NCBI GenBank assembly: GCA_963664395.2
Contig: OY761159.2
Location: 1,952,001 to 2,016,000 of the forward strand
DNA from: Candidatus Binatia bacterium
GTDB lineage: Bacteria; Desulfobacterota; Binatia; Bin18
Direction: 5' to 3'
Length of the DNA stretch: 64,000 nucleotides
The notes under the pieces are model-generated. The model was not told where the DNA came from, made no database searches, and saw nothing but the letters and a program-made list of their open reading frames with translations. Within the stretch, counting starts at the first letter, position 1, and every line of letters starts with the position of its first letter. The position numbers and the translations under genes were made by a program. Below are positions 59,308-64,000 of this stretch, in pieces.

Positions 59308-59366
59308 TAGGGACACACGCGGCGGGATATGACAAGAGAGAGGAAAGAAGTCTCTGAGGTGGAACG

Positions 59367-61121
59367 ATGCGCGGAACATATGCAGTGATTCAATCTCTAC
59401 CCTCCCCCTCGTGTGTACGCATTTCCCGTGTGTTGGGGCGGGTCGTGGCCGCAGTCGTGGCCGCAGTGGTATTGGCCGGGGGTGGGGTGTCCGCCGTGCA
59501 GGCGCAGAGCGCCCCGGCCTTACAGTTCACCTCGCCCACCGTATTGCGGCTTCATCCGGAAACCCGTCTATGGGCCAGGGATACGGATATGCACCCTGTT
59601 GATGGGAAGGGTGTGCTGGGACGGAAGAGATATTATTTCGACGCCTTGGCCGCGCAGCAGTCTGCCGCCGACGAGCTGACGTTCACGGTGGAGGGACAGG
59701 GCGGGGAGGCGCAGCAGTATTGTTTCGAGTCGCGGTGTGGGGCCGTGTCGGTCGAGGTCCTGGCGGAGCTGGGGCACCTGTATCTCGGCCTTGACATTGC
59801 AGAGTTCAAGAACAGAAACGATACGACAAACAGAGCTAAGTCGCGGGCTCTGGGGAGCAGGTCTGAGGATTTTCGCCCGCAGCGGGTAGAGGTCGCGGTG
59901 CAGGCCGGGTCCCGGAAGGTGTATCAGGAAGTGGTCGTGGCCGCCCCGGCCTCGGCGCCGGACTGTAGCGACTATCCGACGCGGAACGAGGACCGGTTCC
60001 GGTGTTACTACACCCGCGAGTATGGGGCTGCGGCTTTCCGGGAGCCGGCCCCCGAGTTGCTCGCCGGTCTGCCGGGGCAGTTGGTGCAGGATAGGGAGCA
60101 GTACGAGGTGGTGTTTGCCGAGGAGTTTACGGGCAGCTATACGCCGACGGCGGATCAGCATGACAAATGTGACCGCGGGCTTGCAGAGCTTGACAAGAGC
60201 AAGTGGAACCACCGCCATAAGCTGTGTCGCAGGCCGCGGCAGGGGGACCCGCAGGGGGCACCGTGCGAATACCTGGAAGACGGGCACCTCCATATTGCGT
60301 CCACCGGAGAATGCGGCAGCGATCTCAATAGCCGGGGTCTTTTCGAGCCGCGCTATGGGTATGTGGAAATCAGCTACACCATCAGTTCGTCCCGCTCGCC
60401 GGAGTCGCCGAGTCGGTTCCAGAACTACAATATGTTGCTGGGGAATCTGAATAGGGCGGAGAGGGAACCGCTCCGCAGCCACAACCTGGAGATTAATAGC
60501 CTGGAGCGCTTCCTGACCCTGGTGAATTGGGTCGAGCTTGATCTCGTTGAGTACGGTCCAAGATATAGACCAGACGTAATCGGACACCAGTATCGCAACT
60601 GGCTTCATGTCCATCACCCCGCTGTGCTGCCGTTACGGACGAATAAAAAAATGGAATTTTGTCAAGATGAGTCATCTGAAGGGGTGATACTCCGCTACGA
60701 TCCTCCCAATTGCAGCAATACGGCTGCCCGCATCACCATCACGGAGGGGATGGAGTGGACCCCCGAGGGGTATCTCTTCTTGCGGCAGGTGCATGGGCTT
60801 GATGACACCCCGACCATACCCGACAAGAGCGGCACGGAAATACAGGCCGCAACGTGGGCCGACAATAGCTGGCACATAAATGGGAACAACAGGCGACTCG
60901 TATCGGGGACCGAACGGGCCGCGTATTTTGTCCAGCCGGACCCCGACGATACCGCCTTTTACCTGGAGGCCCTGGGGATCGGCCATGCGCCAAGCGCGGT
61001 CTACATCGGGGCTTGGGGCTTCAGCAGGGCGCAGACGAATCAGGTGGAGATGACCATCGACTACATCCGGGTCTTTCAGCCCCGCAACCGCTATGCGGAC
61101 ATGGAGCCGCGCTACCAGTGA
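59367..61121 (+). CDS. Secreted GH16-like (laminarinase-fold) protein, tandem copy 1
   Basis: Signal peptide ending AVQA; VFAEEF, EDGHLHI, RYGYVE, catalytic ELDLVE (ExDxxE), MTIDYIRVFQ. Confidence 0.78.
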   Translation: MRGTYAVIQSLPSPSCVRISRVLGRVVAAVVAAVVLAGGGVSAVQAQSAPALQFTSPTVLRLHPETRLWARDTDMHPVDGKGVLGRKRYYFDALAAQQSAADELTFTVEGQGGEAQQYCFESRCGAVSVEVLAELGHLYLGLDIAEFKNRNDTTNRAKSRALGSRSEDFRPQRVEVAVQAGSRKVYQEVVVAAPASAPDCSDYPTRNEDRFRCYYTREYGAAAFREPAPELLAGLPGQLVQDREQYEVVFAEEFTGSYTPTADQHDKCDRGLAELDKSKWNHRHKLCRRPRQGDPQGAPCEYLEDGHLHIASTGECGSDLNSRGLFEPRYGYVEISYTISSSRSPESPSRFQNYNMLLGNLNRAEREPLRSHNLEINSLERFLTLVNWVELDLVEYGPRYRPDVIGHQYRNWLHVHHPAVLPLRTNKKMEFCQDESSEGVILRYDPPNCSNTAARITITEGMEWTPEGYLFLRQVHGLDDTPTIPDKSGTEIQAATWADNSWHINGNNRRLVSGTERAAYFVQPDPDDTAFYLEALGIGHAPSAVYIGAWGFSRAQTNQVEMTIDYIRVFQPRNRYADMEPRYQ

Positions 61122-61134
61122 GCGGAGGAAAGTG

Positions 61135-62829
61135 ATGATGGACAGAGAGTTCAAACCCCCAACCCCCAACCTCTGGAGTGTGCTGAGTCTGCTCGCCGTG
61201 TTGGGCTGGGCGCTTCCGGTGCAGGCGCAGAGCGAGCCGGCCTTGCAGTTCACCTCGCCCACCGTATTTCAGGTCCACCCGGAAGTGACCATGCGCCCCT
61301 GGGATTACCCGCTGACCAACGATTGGGCGGTGGGAATAAAAACGTATCATTTCGACGCCTTGGCCGCGCAGCAGTCTGCCGCCGACGCTCTGACGTTCAC
61401 GGTGGAGGGGCAGGGCGGGGAGGCGCGGGAGTATTGCTTCGAGGAGCACTGCGGGGCCGTGTCGGTCGCGGTTACCGCGCCGGGCGGCCATCTGTATTTC
61501 GCCGTTGCCATTGACGCGCCGAGGAGCGGCAATGACAGGGTTAACAGCGGAAAAGCCACTCACATGAAGAGCAATTTTGAGGACTTTGCGGCGCGGCGGG
61601 TGGAGGTCGCGGTGCAGGCCGGGTCCCGGAAGGTATATCAGGAAGTGGTCGTGGCCGCGCCGGCGGATGCGCCGGACTGTAGCGACTATCCGACGCGGAA
61701 TGAGGACCGGTTCCGGTGTTACTACACCCGCGAGTATGAGGCTGCGGCTTTCCGGGAGCCGGCCAGCGAGTTGATCGCCAGTCTGCCGGGGCAGTTGGTG
61801 CAGGATAGGGAGCAGTACGAGGTGGTGTTTGCCGAGGAGTTTACGGGCAGCTATACGCCGGCGGCGGAGCAGGGGGACAACTGTGACCGGGGCCTCGAAG
61901 CCCTTGACGGGCGCAAGTGGAACTACCGCCATAAGCGGTGTCGCACGGACTGGGAGAGCCTGCCGTGCCACTATCTTGAGGATGGCCACTTGCATGTCGT
62001 CCTGAAGTCCCAATGCGGCGGCGGGATCTTTACCTCGGGTCTTTTCGAGCCGCGCTATGGGTATATGGAAGTCAGCTACACCCTCCAGACGACCCGCCCA
62101 CCGCGCTCGTCGAGCACTCAGTTTCAGAACTTCAACATCGTGCTCGGGGACCCGAGAAGGCCGGGGAAGCATCTGCTCCACACCCACGACCTGGAGATTA
62201 ATAGTCTGGAGCGTCTCCTGACCCTGGTGACCTGGCTGGAGTATGATTTCTTTGAGTACAATCCGGACAGTAGCAACATGGTTTCACACCAGTACCGCAA
62301 CTGGCTTCATGTCCACCACCCCGCTGTGCCGCCGTTACGGACGAATAAAAAAAGGGAATTTTGTAAAGGGAGCACATCTGAAGGGGGGGTACTCCGCTAC
62401 CAGCCTCCCAATTGCGGCAATACGGCTGCCCGCATCACCATCACGGAGGGGATGGAGTGGACCCCCGAGGGGTATCTCTTCTTGCGGCGGGTGCATGGGC
62501 TTGATGACACCCTGACCACACTCGACAAGAGCGGCACGGTCATACAGGCCGCAACGTGGGCCAACAATCGCTGGCACCTGGATGGGGACAACAGGCGACT
62601 CGTATCGGGGACCGAACGGGCCGAGTATTTTGTCGAGTTGGACCCCAACAACCCGACGTTCTACCTGGAAACGCTGGGGATCAGCCATGCGCCAAGCAAG
62701 ATCGGCGTCGGGACTTGGGGCTGGGATTTCGATTCAGAGCTGAGGAACCGGGTGGGGATGACGGTCGACTACATTCGGGTGTTTCAGCCCCGCAACCGCT
62801 ATGCGGACATGGAGCCGCTGTATCAGTGA
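61135..62829 (+). CDS. Secreted GH16-like protein, tandem copy 2
   Basis: GGAGG SD; signal peptide ending PVQA; catalytic EYDFFE; MTVDYIRVFQ. Confidence 0.78.
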   Translation: MMDREFKPPTPNLWSVLSLLAVLGWALPVQAQSEPALQFTSPTVFQVHPEVTMRPWDYPLTNDWAVGIKTYHFDALAAQQSAADALTFTVEGQGGEAREYCFEEHCGAVSVAVTAPGGHLYFAVAIDAPRSGNDRVNSGKATHMKSNFEDFAARRVEVAVQAGSRKVYQEVVVAAPADAPDCSDYPTRNEDRFRCYYTREYEAAAFREPASELIASLPGQLVQDREQYEVVFAEEFTGSYTPAAEQGDNCDRGLEALDGRKWNYRHKRCRTDWESLPCHYLEDGHLHVVLKSQCGGGIFTSGLFEPRYGYMEVSYTLQTTRPPRSSSTQFQNFNIVLGDPRRPGKHLLHTHDLEINSLERLLTLVTWLEYDFFEYNPDSSNMVSHQYRNWLHVHHPAVPPLRTNKKREFCKGSTSEGGVLRYQPPNCGNTAARITITEGMEWTPEGYLFLRRVHGLDDTLTTLDKSGTVIQAATWANNRWHLDGDNRRLVSGTERAEYFVELDPNNPTFYLETLGISHAPSKIGVGTWGWDFDSELRNRVGMTVDYIRVFQPRNRYADMEPLYQ

Positions 62830-62842
62830 GCGGAGGAAAGTG

Positions 62843-64000
62843 ATGATGGACAGAGAGTTCAAACCCCCAACCTCCACCCTCTGGAGTGTGCTGAGCCTGC
62901 TCGCCGTGTTGGGCTGGGCGCTTCCGGTGCAGGCGCAGAGCGAGCCGGCCTTGCAGTTCACCTCGCCCACCGTATTGCGGCTTCATCCGGAAAACCGTCT
63001 GTGGGCCAGGGATACGGATATGCACCCTATTGATGGGCAGGGTGTGCTGGGACAGAGGATGCATTATTTCGCCGCCTTGGCCGCGCAGCAGTCCGCCGCC
63101 GACGAGCTGACGTTCACGGTGGAGGGGCAGGGCGAGGAGGCGCAGCAGTATTGTTTCGAGGGGCACTGCGGAGCCGTGTCGGTCGCGGTTCTGGCGGAGC
63201 GGGGGAGCCTGTATCTCGGCGTTGACATTGCAGAGTTCAAGAACAGCAACGATACGACAAACAGAGGTAAGTCGCGGGCTCTGAAGAGCAAGTTTGAGGA
63301 CTTTGCGCCGCGGCGGGTGGAGGTAGCAGTGCAGGGGGGGCAACAGAAGGTGTATCAGGAAGTGGTCGTGGACGCCCCGGCGGAGGCGCCGGACTGTAGC
63401 GACTATCCGGGGCTGAGCGAGGATCGGTTCCGGTGTTACTTCACCCGGGAGCATGGGGCTGCGGCTTTCCGGGACCCGGCCCGCAATAGTACCTTGGTGG
63501 CGAATCTGCCGGCGCAGTTGGTGCAGGACCGGGAGCAGTACGAGGTGGTGTTTGCCGAGGAGTTTACGGGCAGCTATACACCGACGGCGGAGCCGGGCGA
63601 CTGTGACCGCGGGCTGGCAGCCCTGGACGGGGGCAAGTGGAACCACCGCGATAAGCTGTGTCGCACGGACCCGCAGGGGGCACCACCGTGCGAATACCTT
63701 GAGGATGGTCACTTGCATATGTGGCAAGGCAGAGAATGTGTCTCTGAGATGACCACCCTGGGCCTCTTCGAGCCCCGGTATGGATATGTGGAAACCCGCT
63801 TCACCATCGACGCGGCTCGGCCGAATTACGATTCTGGCCTCAATAGCTATCAGAATTACTACATCTATATGGGGAACCTGAGAAGAGTGGGGCAACATTT
63901 GCTCAGCACCCACAATCTGCCCATCAGCAGTCTCGAGGACCTCCTGACGTTGGTCCCGTGGGTAGAGATGGATGTAATCGAGTACGTTCCACACTCCGAC
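62843..64000 (+). CDS. Secreted GH16-like protein, tandem copy 3 (partial, runs off the window)
   Basis: Manual translation is open for 386 codons to the window end; same leader as copy 2; catalytic EMDVIE. Confidence 0.8.
   Translation, partial: MMDREFKPPTSTLWSVLSLLAVLGWALPVQAQSEPALQFTSPTVLRLHPENRLWARDTDMHPIDGQGVLGQRMHYFAALAAQQSAADELTFTVEGQGEEAQQYCFEGHCGAVSVAVLAERGSLYLGVDIAEFKNSNDTTNRGKSRALKSKFEDFAPRRVEVAVQGGQQKVYQEVVVDAPAEAPDCSDYPGLSEDRFRCYFTREHGAAAFRDPARNSTLVANLPAQLVQDREQYEVVFAEEFTGSYTPTAEPGDCDRGLAALDGGKWNHRDKLCRTDPQGAPPCEYLEDGHLHMWQGRECVSEMTTLGLFEPRYGYVETRFTIDAARPNYDSGLNSYQNYYIYMGNLRRVGQHLLSTHNLPISSLEDLLTLVPWVEMDVIEYVPHSD

Noticed and set aside
57511-63994. Long antisense ORFs (57511-58545, 59568-60617, 61021-62187, 62681-63994)
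   Set aside because: Shadow frames of GC-rich genes on the opposite strand; they repeat only because the sense genes repeat
59367-64000. Diversity-generating retroelement as the source of paralogue variation
   Set aside because: No reverse transcriptase or template repeat in the window; differences are block replacements and indels rather than adenine-specific changes

Overview
Bacterial chromosomal window. It is mostly a metabolic backbone (CoA transferases, a molybdenum-hydroxylase cluster with two large subunits, LLM oxidoreductases, MMPL transporter, pepA, korAB, sppA) interrupted by three accessory regions. (1) 1-7.1 kb is a small defence locus: an N6/N4 DNA methyltransferase fused to an HNH nuclease, an Avs-like nuclease-STAND NTPase, and HigBA. 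(2) 34-43 kb is the best candidate for an undescribed system. A perfect-consensus sigma70 promoter precedes higB and higA-ImmA, followed by seven genes with overlapping start/stop codons: DltA-like adenylation enzyme, carrier protein, GT-A-like protein, alpha/beta hydrolase, LbH acyltransferase, a multidomain CHAT (caspase-like) protease, and an unknown protein. (3) 56.9-64 kb holds a LuxR-type regulator between two MITE-like copies, a repeated upstream motif, relics of a shared C-terminal domain, and a tandem mosaic array of at least three secreted GH16-like paralogues running off the window end. Several gene relics are also present (BrnT with an amber stop, SDR, IS5-like, hydrolase tail). 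I saw no rRNA, complete tRNA or CRISPR array. All family calls come from motif recognition by eye; no searches were run.
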